DNA of 39,481 nucleotides from Lysobacterales bacterium (GTDB lineage Bacteria; Pseudomonadota; Gammaproteobacteria; Xanthomonadales; SZUA-5): NCBI GenBank assembly GCA_022844165.1, contig JALHMH010000041.1, positions 1 to 39,481 of the forward strand, read 5' to 3'. Shown piece by piece: positions 19,041 to 27,444 of this stretch (position 1 is its first letter; each line of letters starts with the position of its first letter). The notes under the pieces were generated by a model. It saw only the letters and a program-made list of their open reading frames with translations, ran no database searches and was not told where the DNA came from. The position numbers and the translations under genes were made by a program.

Positions 19041-19376
19041 TCAACATCGCACCGTATCCAAACACGCCTCCATCATCCGCTTCAAGCGCCGCGCCGTGGT
19101 CGGCATCGCCGTGCGCCAAAGTTTAGGGCCGAGCTGGATCAGCGATTCGCTACGATCGATGTCGGCCAGCCATAACGTAGGTCGGTGCGGATCGGCGTGG
19201 GGCGCATGATCGACGACGACCAGGTCTGCCACCAGCCGTTGACCGGCGGCGCGCACGATCACGCGCGCCTCCGGCCAATGCTGCACGAACCACTCGCGCA
19301 GATAGTCGCTCAACTCCGCGTCGAGCCCCACGAGCGCAATTCGCGGCGGCAGGTGTGCGGCGCCGCGAATCGTCAT
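19041..19376 (-). CDS. Small hypothetical protein, possibly a degenerate receiver-like alpha/beta domain
   Basis: 111 aa; RIALVG...helix...ADLVVVD pattern recalls REC beta1/beta3; co-oriented between the CSLREA gene and the HTCS. Confidence 0.6.
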   Translation of the reverse strand: MTIRGAAHLPPRIALVGLDAELSDYLREWFVQHWPEARVIVRAAGQRLVADLVVVDHAPHADPHRPTLWLADIDRSESLIQLGPKLWRTAMPTTARRLKRMMEACLDTVRC

Positions 19377-19429
19377 GGCGCTAACCACGGCATGCCCGAA
19401 ACAGCCCGCGTTGGCCTCCAGCACACGTT

Positions 19430-22400
19430 TCACTCGAAGCCATTGGCAAACACGGCATCCACCCGCGGCGCCACCAGGCAATTGGAGAACTCGCTGGTCG
19501 ATCCATCCGGCGCGGTGGCGGTTGCCGTGATGAAGCCGGCGATGGGTTGGGTGGTGATGGTGGCAGAGAAGTTCTCGCTGTTGCTCGCGAAGGACCGGAC
19601 CACGGAGCCCAGGTAGTTGTCGCCATGCCTCCCGTTGAACGAACCGCTGGCATCGGTGCAGAAGCTGCTGCGATAAAAGGCCAGGCGGTACTCCACCGGC
19701 GCGACGATGCCGGCGGGCACATCCAGCACGCCGTTGATCGTCGTGCTGGTTCCCACAGCCGTACCGTCGCTCAGCACGGGTGTGTTCTGGCCATCGTTGG
19801 GACCGGTGTCGATGTCGTTGAGGTCGTTCGGCGTGATGCCGTCTGGGCCGTTGCCGTTGCTCAGGTCGATCGCGGTGCTGCCGGTGTTTTGAATGAACAA
19901 ATTGGCATACAGTTGATTGAAGTCGGCGTTCGTGCCTCGGACCAGCACCGCCGTGTTGCTGAAGAAAAACCGATTCCTCAGTTCCGATTCACCGCCGACG
20001 TTGACCCCGCTGACATCAATCAACTCGATGTCCGTGGTGTTAACGGCGTTTTGACTGAAGTCCGGTGCGCGCCCGAACAGGTTGGTGCTCACGGTACTGC
20101 CGGTAGCCAAGTCGCGAATCAACAGCCCTGTGCTGTAGTTGCCGACGACATTGCGATCTGCCAGCGACGGACCGCCGAAGGTCAGCGGATCGCGCGCCAC
20201 CACCCCAACGCCACCACTGATGCTATTGCCCTCGGCACTGAAACCGAGCCAGCTGCCGCGAATTCGCAACGGGCCAGGACAGGACACCGCGGCGCCGCGG
20301 GCGATGGTCGCGATGCTGCCGCCATTCAATGCCAGCCCGCGCAGATCGACCAGGTCGCTGGTGCATGGACTCAGTGCCGTGAGCTGCGATCCTGCGCGAA
20401 TCTCGATCTTGATCACCGCGTCCGATTCGCTGGAATTGGCATTTGGCACGGCACCGATCTGGGTGTAACCATCGATGCTCAGTCCTTGGGTGATTTGCGG
20501 CAGAGAGGCGACCAAACTAATGACATGCGGCCCATCGCCCGGGATTGCAAAGCGAATCGCGTCGACTCCCGCTTGCGCATTCGCCAACGTGATCGCCTCG
20601 CGTAACGTGCAGGTGTTGCCGTCGCCGGTGGCATCGCATCCGCCATTGAGCGTGGTGCTGTCGCTGGCCGAATCTACAGCGATGCCCGGCGGTGGGTCGG
20701 TCACGGTGGTGCAGGCGCTGATCTCGCTGGTGCCGTCGGTGGTGGTGGCAGTGGCTGTGATCGTGGTGAAGACGCTGAGATCGAGATCGGTCAGCACTTG
20801 CGTGTCGAAACGATCACCGCTCAAAGGCTGCGTGTCCAGCAACTGCTCGCCAGGGCCGTGACCCGAACTATGGCAACTGGTGCTCGCATAGATGGCCAAC
20901 GTGAATTGGGAGGCGATCGTATCCAGGTCGCCGACCACGCGCAGTCCGTTGTCGGTGCGCTCGGCCAAAGTCAGCACGGGAAAGTTCTGCAGGTTGTTCG
21001 GGCCGATGTCGGTATCGCCCGGATCGTTCGGCGTCACGCCGTCAGCGCCGAGATCGACGGCGAGCTGAGCATGATTCGAGAACGTGTTGCCGCCGAAGAG
21101 ATTACCCAGCTCGGCGCCGCTGGCCACGCTGATGGCCCGCGGCAGGAAGCGAAATGCATTGGGCGCGAGCGTGCCAATGTTGACCGTATCTGTGGCAGAC
21201 GTTATGGAAACGCCCGTTCCCGATCCCAATGGAGTGGTGCCGGTCCGGTTCGCGCCGAACAGATTGTTATCGATTTGGCTCCCGCTTCCGACAGGACCGA
21301 GCGTAATGCCCGTGCCGCTGGCGACGATCAGGTTGCGGTCGGCCGGCGTGGTGCCGCCGACGCGGAGCGGGCCGCCGTTCGCCAACAAGCCAGTGGTATT
21401 CACAGCACCGGTGACCCCGTCAGTTGCGAGGCCGATGAAGTTGCCGACGATGTCTGAGGCTGAAAGTGAGCTCTTTTCGATGCCCACGCTAAAGCGCGTG
21501 ATCGACATGCCGCGGACGACGCTGGGCGCGTCTAATCGCAATCCTCGCGTACCGGCCGGTGCGCCGAATCCATCGATGCGGACACGGATGACGGCATTGC
21601 TGCCGATGCCCTCGGCCGTGTTAGGCGTGGCACCCGGTTGGGTGTAACCATCGATGGTCACGGTGCGCGAAATATCGGGTAACTGCGAGGTCGGCGAGAT
21701 GACGATTTCGCTGGTTCCGCTGAGCGGGGGAATCGCAAAATGGATACGCTGGAAGCTACCGCTGGCGGCAGCATTCGACACGATGATGGCGTCACGCAGC
21801 GAGCAATGCGCCGCGTTGCAGACACCATCTGCGGTATCGCTGGTGGTGTTGACGACCAGCGGTGGCGGATCGAGCGGAAAACACGCTGAGAACTCGCTGG
21901 TGCCAACACCGGCGCGTGTTGCCGTCATCGTGATCACGGTGCCCGGTGGCAGCGGGTCCGAGGTGTTTTGCGTGTAACTGAATGACTCGGTAGTCGATGA
22001 GAGGTTGCGGTTGGTCTGCCCCAGAATGCGCTCGCCCTCGCCGTGACCGCTGGGGTGGCAGGTACTGCTCGCGTACGTGGTCAGTTTGTAGGTCAACGAA
22101 CCGGGATGCCCCACGTCCAGCGTGCCGGTCATGGAAACGCCGCCCGTCACCCGCTGCGCAGCGCTGATCACCGGGAAGTTCTGCAAATCGTTGGCGCCGG
22201 TGTCGACGTCATTGATGTCGTTGAGCGTCACCCCGTCGAAATTGAGATCGATGCCGAGGGTAGCGCTGCTCCAGATCTGGTTCCGCGAAAAGTCGACGTT
22301 TCGCGAATCGGCGTTGCCCACGACCGCTCGTTGGTAATGCCTGACTTGGTTTGGTGCGACCACGCCAAAGTCCGCACTGGCCACGTTCGCCCCTGAAAAC

Positions 22401-23137
22401 AGAGCGGTGTTACCTCCGAACTGTCCCACGCCGCTCTTTCCGGTTCCGAACAAGTTGCCGTCGATAGTCGACCCGTTTGCCTCATCTCCGTTGAGGTTGA
22501 TGGCCACCAGATCACCTGCGAAGACATTTCGATCGGACAGATTGGCGCTACCGATGATGACAGGGCTAAGAGCGATCAAGCCGGCACCATTGGCAGCGAC
22601 GACCGCACCGGAGCTTGTCAGCCCCACGAAGTTTCCGTGGAACTGAGTGTTTCCAGCACCGCAGGTGCCACTGTTATTGACCCCAATACGCGCGGCGAAG
22701 TTGTCGAATCGGGTGATCGACAGCCCGCGAATGGTCACATTGGGCGCACAGACGGTCAGCCCAATCGCGGGCACCGCTCCCTGACCGTCGATTCGTATCC
22801 GCAGCACAGCATTGCTGACCGCTGGATCGTCATTGACCCGTGTGCCGCTCTGCGAATAGCCGTTGATCGTCAGCGGCTGAACAATGGTTGGCAGAGGTGT
22901 CGCCGGCGAAATGAGGAGTTCGCCACGCACTGGCAGCGAGATCGCAAAATTGATGGTGTCGGCCGCCGCGGTTGCGTTGGCCGCTGTGATTGCTTGACGC
23001 AAGGTGCAAACGCTTCCGCAGGTGCTGCCAGCGGTGTCGGCCGTGCTGGTGACGACAAACGTGGCGGCCCCGCAGGGTGCCGCCATGACGCATGCGGCGA
23101 CGATCACCAACAGCCATGCTGCGAATACCCGTTTCAT
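19430..23137 (-). CDS. Large secreted protein with three CSLREA/beta-helix/Ig-like modules
   Basis: Signal peptide from MKRVFAAWLL; CTLRQAI, CSLRDAI and CTLREAI; each unit ends with NDxxDxDxGxNxxQNxP and TSE[FI]S.C; C-terminal DAVFANGFE. Confidence 0.9.
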   Translation of the reverse strand: MKRVFAAWLLVIVAACVMAAPCGAATFVVTSTADTAGSTCGSVCTLRQAITAANATAAADTINFAISLPVRGELLISPATPLPTIVQPLTINGYSQSGTRVNDDPAVSNAVLRIRIDGQGAVPAIGLTVCAPNVTIRGLSITRFDNFAARIGVNNSGTCGAGNTQFHGNFVGLTSSGAVVAANGAGLIALSPVIIGSANLSDRNVFAGDLVAINLNGDEANGSTIDGNLFGTGKSGVGQFGGNTALFSGANVASADFGVVAPNQVRHYQRAVVGNADSRNVDFSRNQIWSSATLGIDLNFDGVTLNDINDVDTGANDLQNFPVISAAQRVTGGVSMTGTLDVGHPGSLTYKLTTYASSTCHPSGHGEGERILGQTNRNLSSTTESFSYTQNTSDPLPPGTVITMTATRAGVGTSEFSACFPLDPPPLVVNTTSDTADGVCNAAHCSLRDAIIVSNAAASGSFQRIHFAIPPLSGTSEIVISPTSQLPDISRTVTIDGYTQPGATPNTAEGIGSNAVIRVRIDGFGAPAGTRGLRLDAPSVVRGMSITRFSVGIEKSSLSASDIVGNFIGLATDGVTGAVNTTGLLANGGPLRVGGTTPADRNLIVASGTGITLGPVGSGSQIDNNLFGANRTGTTPLGSGTGVSITSATDTVNIGTLAPNAFRFLPRAISVASGAELGNLFGGNTFSNHAQLAVDLGADGVTPNDPGDTDIGPNNLQNFPVLTLAERTDNGLRVVGDLDTIASQFTLAIYASTSCHSSGHGPGEQLLDTQPLSGDRFDTQVLTDLDLSVFTTITATATTTDGTSEISACTTVTDPPPGIAVDSASDSTTLNGGCDATGDGNTCTLREAITLANAQAGVDAIRFAIPGDGPHVISLVASLPQITQGLSIDGYTQIGAVPNANSSESDAVIKIEIRAGSQLTALSPCTSDLVDLRGLALNGGSIATIARGAAVSCPGPLRIRGSWLGFSAEGNSISGGVGVVARDPLTFGGPSLADRNVVGNYSTGLLIRDLATGSTVSTNLFGRAPDFSQNAVNTTDIELIDVSGVNVGGESELRNRFFFSNTAVLVRGTNADFNQLYANLFIQNTGSTAIDLSNGNGPDGITPNDLNDIDTGPNDGQNTPVLSDGTAVGTSTTINGVLDVPAGIVAPVEYRLAFYRSSFCTDASGSFNGRHGDNYLGSVVRSFASNSENFSATITTQPIAGFITATATAPDGSTSEFSNCLVAPRVDAVFANGFE

Positions 23138-23204
23138 GAATTGCTCCCAGGTCAGGCCACATTCGGCGAGTTGTGTACAGGCTGGCAGCGCCGAGTCGCC
23201 CTCG

Positions 23205-23240
23205 TTTGACGCCAGGTTGTGGGGCTTTGACGCCACGTTG
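23205..23240. promoter_or_regulatory. Tandem 15-bp direct repeat with 21-bp period, candidate AraC/HTCS operator
   Basis: TTTGACGCCAGGTTG (23205-23219) and TTTGACGCCACGTTG (23226-23240) in the divergent intergenic region. Confidence 0.6.
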
Positions 23241-23366
23241 CGAGCCGTTATCGACGCATCCGCGCGGCAAACAGCCGCAACCTCGTGCGCTACGCGCGTC
23301 GCGCAAAGCCGGGACAGTACGGCCACCGACGCCAATCGCGCTCGGACCGACTGCAAAGGAGCGACC

Positions 23367-24707
23367 ATGTTGACCACCCTGACCCGTATCGCGCTGCTGG
23401 GCGCGCTGATGTACGCGCCCACGGCCTTCGCGCAGCGCGACGACGATCCCGATAACGGCCAATCCTGGCTGACAAAGTTTGCCGAGCACGACGCCCGCGA
23501 CGGCCGGCTCTGGGCCGGTACCCTCCGCGCGACCGACGATTTTGGGGCCACCCATGACCGCGACTTTCGGCTCACGGCCAGCGGCAGCATCGCGCGCGGC
23601 GATCGAAAGGTGGTGCTCAACCGTTATGAACCCGAGTGCTTCGAATTCGCGCCGGCCGCTCGCCTGAGCCTCGACGACTATTGCGATCAGTTGACGCTGA
23701 CCTGGCAGGGCGAGGATGCGACCATCGCCTTTTCCAGCCTGGATGCGAATCGCCGCTATTCGTTTACGCTGCGTGCCGATCCGCGCTCGCCCGGCGAATG
23801 GACCTCAATGACGCCGACCGTGCCGGCGCCAACCTTGCGCCTGAGCAGCGGAAACAGCAACGGCGATGTGTCTTACCGCTGGGAACTTGGTACGCGCGAG
23901 GCGACCTATCGGCAAGCCGGCGAGGTCACCGCCAGCCAGTTGCGCGGTGCGGATTTGCACCCGGTCGAGATCGGGCTGCTGGGCCTGGGCGAGGTGTTGC
24001 TGACCTTCAATCGATACGCCTTCGAACGATCGCTGCTGCCGCGCAACCATCCGGATTACGAACCGACGCCGTACTCGGCCTGGGCCAGCGAAACCACGGA
24101 GGGCGGCTGTATCTTCAACGTCTGCTTCGGCAACCTGGGCGGCAACGGCGGCGGCGCTGGCAATAACTACAATGCGTGTTCGCCCGGCCATCCGAACTAC
24201 AACCCGGCCAACTGCCCGCACGACCTGACCTTCGCCCGTTGGCCCGTCGGCGTGCGACCCAAACTGGAGAAACTGAGCAACAGCCAGGTTCGCGTTCGTG
24301 TCTACCTCAAAAACGTTGGGACGGGGGACGTGTACGTTGAGAGCAACTGGCTTTCCGATCCAAGCATCGCCTTCTTTTCGCTGATACGGCTCGGTGCCGG
24401 ATCGCCACTGGTCAGCGCAACGAGCATCGCGTCTTCGCCCTATGGCGAGCAGTGCTACAGCGAAAGCAGCCGCCTGGAGCAGGACGGGGAGGTGATCAAT
24501 CCGTTTGAATTGATCGACTTAAAAGCGGGCGAGGTGAAACCGATCTCGCGGTTCGAGATGACCTGCGGCCAGAACAGTACGCGCCCGGCCGGACGCTACC
24601 GGTTGTACATCCATGTCGACCCGTTCGATGCCTATGACACGCCCGGACTCAGCGGCAACAACGTCGGCAATTCAGGTCCGTTCGACTGGGTTCACTTGCG
24701 CAATTGA
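23367..24707 (+). CDS. Secreted hypothetical protein with C-terminal CARDB/Ig-like domain
   Basis: AAAGGAG RBS; signal peptide ending AFA; Gly/Asn/Cys-rich linker; VRVYLKNVGTG...GRYRLYIHVDP...NN pattern resembling CARDB. Confidence 0.8.
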   Translation: MLTTLTRIALLGALMYAPTAFAQRDDDPDNGQSWLTKFAEHDARDGRLWAGTLRATDDFGATHDRDFRLTASGSIARGDRKVVLNRYEPECFEFAPAARLSLDDYCDQLTLTWQGEDATIAFSSLDANRRYSFTLRADPRSPGEWTSMTPTVPAPTLRLSSGNSNGDVSYRWELGTREATYRQAGEVTASQLRGADLHPVEIGLLGLGEVLLTFNRYAFERSLLPRNHPDYEPTPYSAWASETTEGGCIFNVCFGNLGGNGGGAGNNYNACSPGHPNYNPANCPHDLTFARWPVGVRPKLEKLSNSQVRVRVYLKNVGTGDVYVESNWLSDPSIAFFSLIRLGAGSPLVSATSIASSPYGEQCYSESSRLEQDGEVINPFELIDLKAGEVKPISRFEMTCGQNSTRPAGRYRLYIHVDPFDAYDTPGLSGNNVGNSGPFDWVHLRN

Positions 24708-24766
24708 GCGCGTGTGCCGATGCAACCAGGTTCGGCCGGCGGGCAGCCCATTGCTGCCCGACGACT

Positions 24767-27022
24767 TCAATGTTGATGCGGACAGTGTTTCGACTGCGCT
24801 GAAGAGGTCGCCAATCCGTCGGCGATGGCTTGCGACAACGTACCGGTGGCGTCGTCGCCGGAGAGCTCCCAGAAGAACACGCCGCCCAGACCACGATCGA
24901 CGACATAGCCCATCTTCTCGCCAATAGCGACCGGATCGTCGTAGCTCCAGAACGTCGAGCCGTTGAAGACCCAATGGCTCTTCGTCTGTGTATCGCGATA
25001 GCTCGGCCAACTCAGCGTCTTGAGCACTTTGTAGTCCTCGATACCGGCTTCATACGTGCCGGGCGCGGCGCCGGTGCCGAGTTGGTACAGGCCTTGATTG
25101 GGGCTGGCGACGCCGGCCCAGCCTCGGCCATAAAAGCCAATGCCGAGATTGAGTTTTGCTGCCGGCACACCGCGGCTGATGAATGCCTGCAACGCATCAT
25201 GCGTGTTGTACAGCCGCACATCGCCCGTGCTCGGATCGGCGCTCGAGCCGTACAGCCCGCTGTGATGATTGGTGCGCGGATTCCAAGGTCCATGAAAGTC
25301 GTACGTCATCACCAGGATCGCATCGAGATGTGTGTGATAGGCGCCTGGATCGGTGACACGTATTTTGTCGATGCCCGCGCCCACGGCGGCGGTGAGTTCG
25401 AGTTGCGGATCGATCGCATCGAGCTGCCGGCGGAACTCGGCCAACAGCGCCGTGAAGTTGGCGGCATCGTCCGGGTGGCCGCAACTCAGGCCGCAGGCCA
25501 CCGGATACTCCCAATCGATATCGATGCCGTCGAACACGCCAGCCGCAGCGCCCGGGCCGCCTGCGCCATCGGAGATCGGCAAATTGCCACGGATGTAAGC
25601 ATCGATACAGGAGCTGACGAACGCCTGACGATTGGCCGCACTGGCCGCTTGCGTAAAGCCTCGCGACCAGGTCCAACCGCCCAGCGAGATCAGCACCTTA
25701 ATGTTGGGATGTTGTTGTTTGAGTTTGCGTAGCTGATTCCAGTTGCCGCGCAGGGGTTGATCCCACACATCGGCAATACCATCGACGCTCTCGCCGGCGC
25801 TGAAAGACCGCGCGTAGTCTGCCCAGGCATCGCCGCCCGCTCCCGTATCCGGGTTCGACGGCTGATTCACGCCGACCTCGCAGCGATTGTTGCGCACGTT
25901 GCCGAAGGCATAGTTCACATGCGTGATGCGCCCGGCGGTTCCCGAATCGACAATATTGCGCACCTTGTAGTTGCGCGCATAGATACCCCACTGGGTAAAG
26001 TAAGCAGTGACCCGCCGCGCGGGCGTTCCCACGGGTTGCTGCGTTTGCACCGGCAACGGCGCGCTTTGTTCTGATACGTTCCCGGCGAGATCGCGGGCGC
26101 GTACGCGGTAGTTGTAGCTGGTGTCCGGCTGCAGGCCGCTGTCCAGGAAACCCGTACCCGACACTTGCCCGACCGTCACGCCATCGCGCAAAACGGTATA
26201 GCCGGCAACACCGCTGCCACCTGGGTTGTCGGTCGACGCCTGCCAACCGAGCATCACGGTGGTGGTGGTTTGCGTCGGCGACACCAGGCCAGTTGGCACC
26301 GACGGCGGAATCGTGTCGCTGGTGCCCTCGAATCCATTCGCGAACAGCAGGTTGGCACCCGAACCGCCGCCCGGAAAGGCGACGTCGATGCAGGTGTAGA
26401 ACGCTTCGGCGCTGTCCGAGCGCAGCCAGATGTTGTAGATCAGGTGCCGCCCGCTGCGCGCTGGAAGCGGGCAGTCCAGACTGTAGGTGTTGTCGGGTCC
26501 GAGCGGTACCGAGCCCAACTGGCAGAAAGGCTCGAGATCCGACCAACGCAGCGCAACGTTCGGGTCCCAACCGGGCCGGGTGACATAAAAAATCCAGTCC
26601 TGCGTCGCGTGTGGCGCCGTGCCCAAAAAGCGGAACTGGAAGCGCCCGTTGGCGTCTGCCGCGATCGGTTGCGCCTGCCAGTCGCTCCTGGGCAAATCCA
26701 GACCGGCATAGGCGGGATTGCCGCCAGAGCACAACTGGCCGTCCGGCACCACTTGCTGATGCTGACCCGCAGCGTTGGCCTGATTGACGCCCATCCAGTC
26801 GTACAGCGCCTGGCTGCCGCTTTGCGCCACCAACGCCTGGCAAGAAGGATGCGGCGGGTTCTCCGGCCCTTGCAGATAACATTGGTAGATACGGCTTAAC
26901 GGCAAGCTCATCGAGCCATGCGCCTGCGCCGCATGGGGCAGGAGCAAACCGTGCGAGCCGCCCACGCAAAGGGCGATGATCTGGCACAAACGCGGCAGCA
27001 TTTTGAAGTTGGTCGACACCAT
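24767..27022 (-). CDS. Multimodular AA10 LPMO - Fn3 - GH18 chitinase
   Basis: Signal peptide ending AQA then His1 (HGSM..P.SR), TAPH and AFYTCID; Fn3 (DTIPPSVPTGL...W.ASTDN...Y.VRARD.AGN.S); GH18 SLGGWT and FDGIDIDWEYP, MTYDFHG, FWELSGD. Start 27022 or 27001. Confidence 0.92.
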   Translation of the reverse strand: MVSTNFKMLPRLCQIIALCVGGSHGLLLPHAAQAHGSMSLPLSRIYQCYLQGPENPPHPSCQALVAQSGSQALYDWMGVNQANAAGQHQQVVPDGQLCSGGNPAYAGLDLPRSDWQAQPIAADANGRFQFRFLGTAPHATQDWIFYVTRPGWDPNVALRWSDLEPFCQLGSVPLGPDNTYSLDCPLPARSGRHLIYNIWLRSDSAEAFYTCIDVAFPGGGSGANLLFANGFEGTSDTIPPSVPTGLVSPTQTTTTVMLGWQASTDNPGGSGVAGYTVLRDGVTVGQVSGTGFLDSGLQPDTSYNYRVRARDLAGNVSEQSAPLPVQTQQPVGTPARRVTAYFTQWGIYARNYKVRNIVDSGTAGRITHVNYAFGNVRNNRCEVGVNQPSNPDTGAGGDAWADYARSFSAGESVDGIADVWDQPLRGNWNQLRKLKQQHPNIKVLISLGGWTWSRGFTQAASAANRQAFVSSCIDAYIRGNLPISDGAGGPGAAAGVFDGIDIDWEYPVACGLSCGHPDDAANFTALLAEFRRQLDAIDPQLELTAAVGAGIDKIRVTDPGAYHTHLDAILVMTYDFHGPWNPRTNHHSGLYGSSADPSTGDVRLYNTHDALQAFISRGVPAAKLNLGIGFYGRGWAGVASPNQGLYQLGTGAAPGTYEAGIEDYKVLKTLSWPSYRDTQTKSHWVFNGSTFWSYDDPVAIGEKMGYVVDRGLGGVFFWELSGDDATGTLSQAIADGLATSSAQSKHCPHQH

Positions 27023-27142
27023 TGAGCGCCCCAAAAACAAGGTTGCCTCAGTCTGGCAGCCAACGTATGCGGCAACTACCGGCGAAAGTGTGATGACCGC
27101 CCCAACCAAAGTCGGTGTTTGGACGACAGATGTCGGCCGTCG

Positions 27143-27306
27143 GATATCGCTATCGTGTAGCGATGGCGTCGATTCGTATTCCAGCACTGGTATTGCTAGT
27201 TCTGCTCCTGGCAGCCATGTCGTTACTCATCGCCATTTTGCTGCTGGCGTTCTTTGAACCGAATTTGTGGTTGCTGATGTAAGGTCACAGCACCGCGCAC
27301 GTGCTC
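27143..27306 (+). pseudogene. Internally deleted duplicate of the downstream ABC permease gene; contains a 39-aa ORF at 27163-27282
   Basis: 27143-27220 matches 28155-28232 (70/78); 27222-27280 matches 28516-28574 (57/59); 27281-27306 matches 28674-28699 (25/26). Confidence 0.85.
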
Positions 27307-27444
27307 GCATCGGCGGGCCTTGAAAGACAGACAGACAGAACTGCTCATTCACCTTTACTTAACCCCCCCTCGCCTTCACGCGTAGCCTCGGTTACGATCG
27401 AATGCGTTCGGCATCGATTGCAAATTCAACTCTTGGAGTACTTC

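Noticed and set aside
23004-23620. Apparent 600-bp overlap between ORFs 19430..23620 (-) and 23004..24707 (+)
   Set aside because: Signal peptides and RBSs place the real starts at 23137 and 23367, leaving a normal 229-bp divergent intergenic region.
27023-27187. N-terminal extension of the chitinase ORF resembling ORF 28162..28377 (ESTPSLHDS)
   Set aside because: The similarity is just the antisense reading of the duplicated permease start. LPMO His1 requires the start at about 27022 or 27001.
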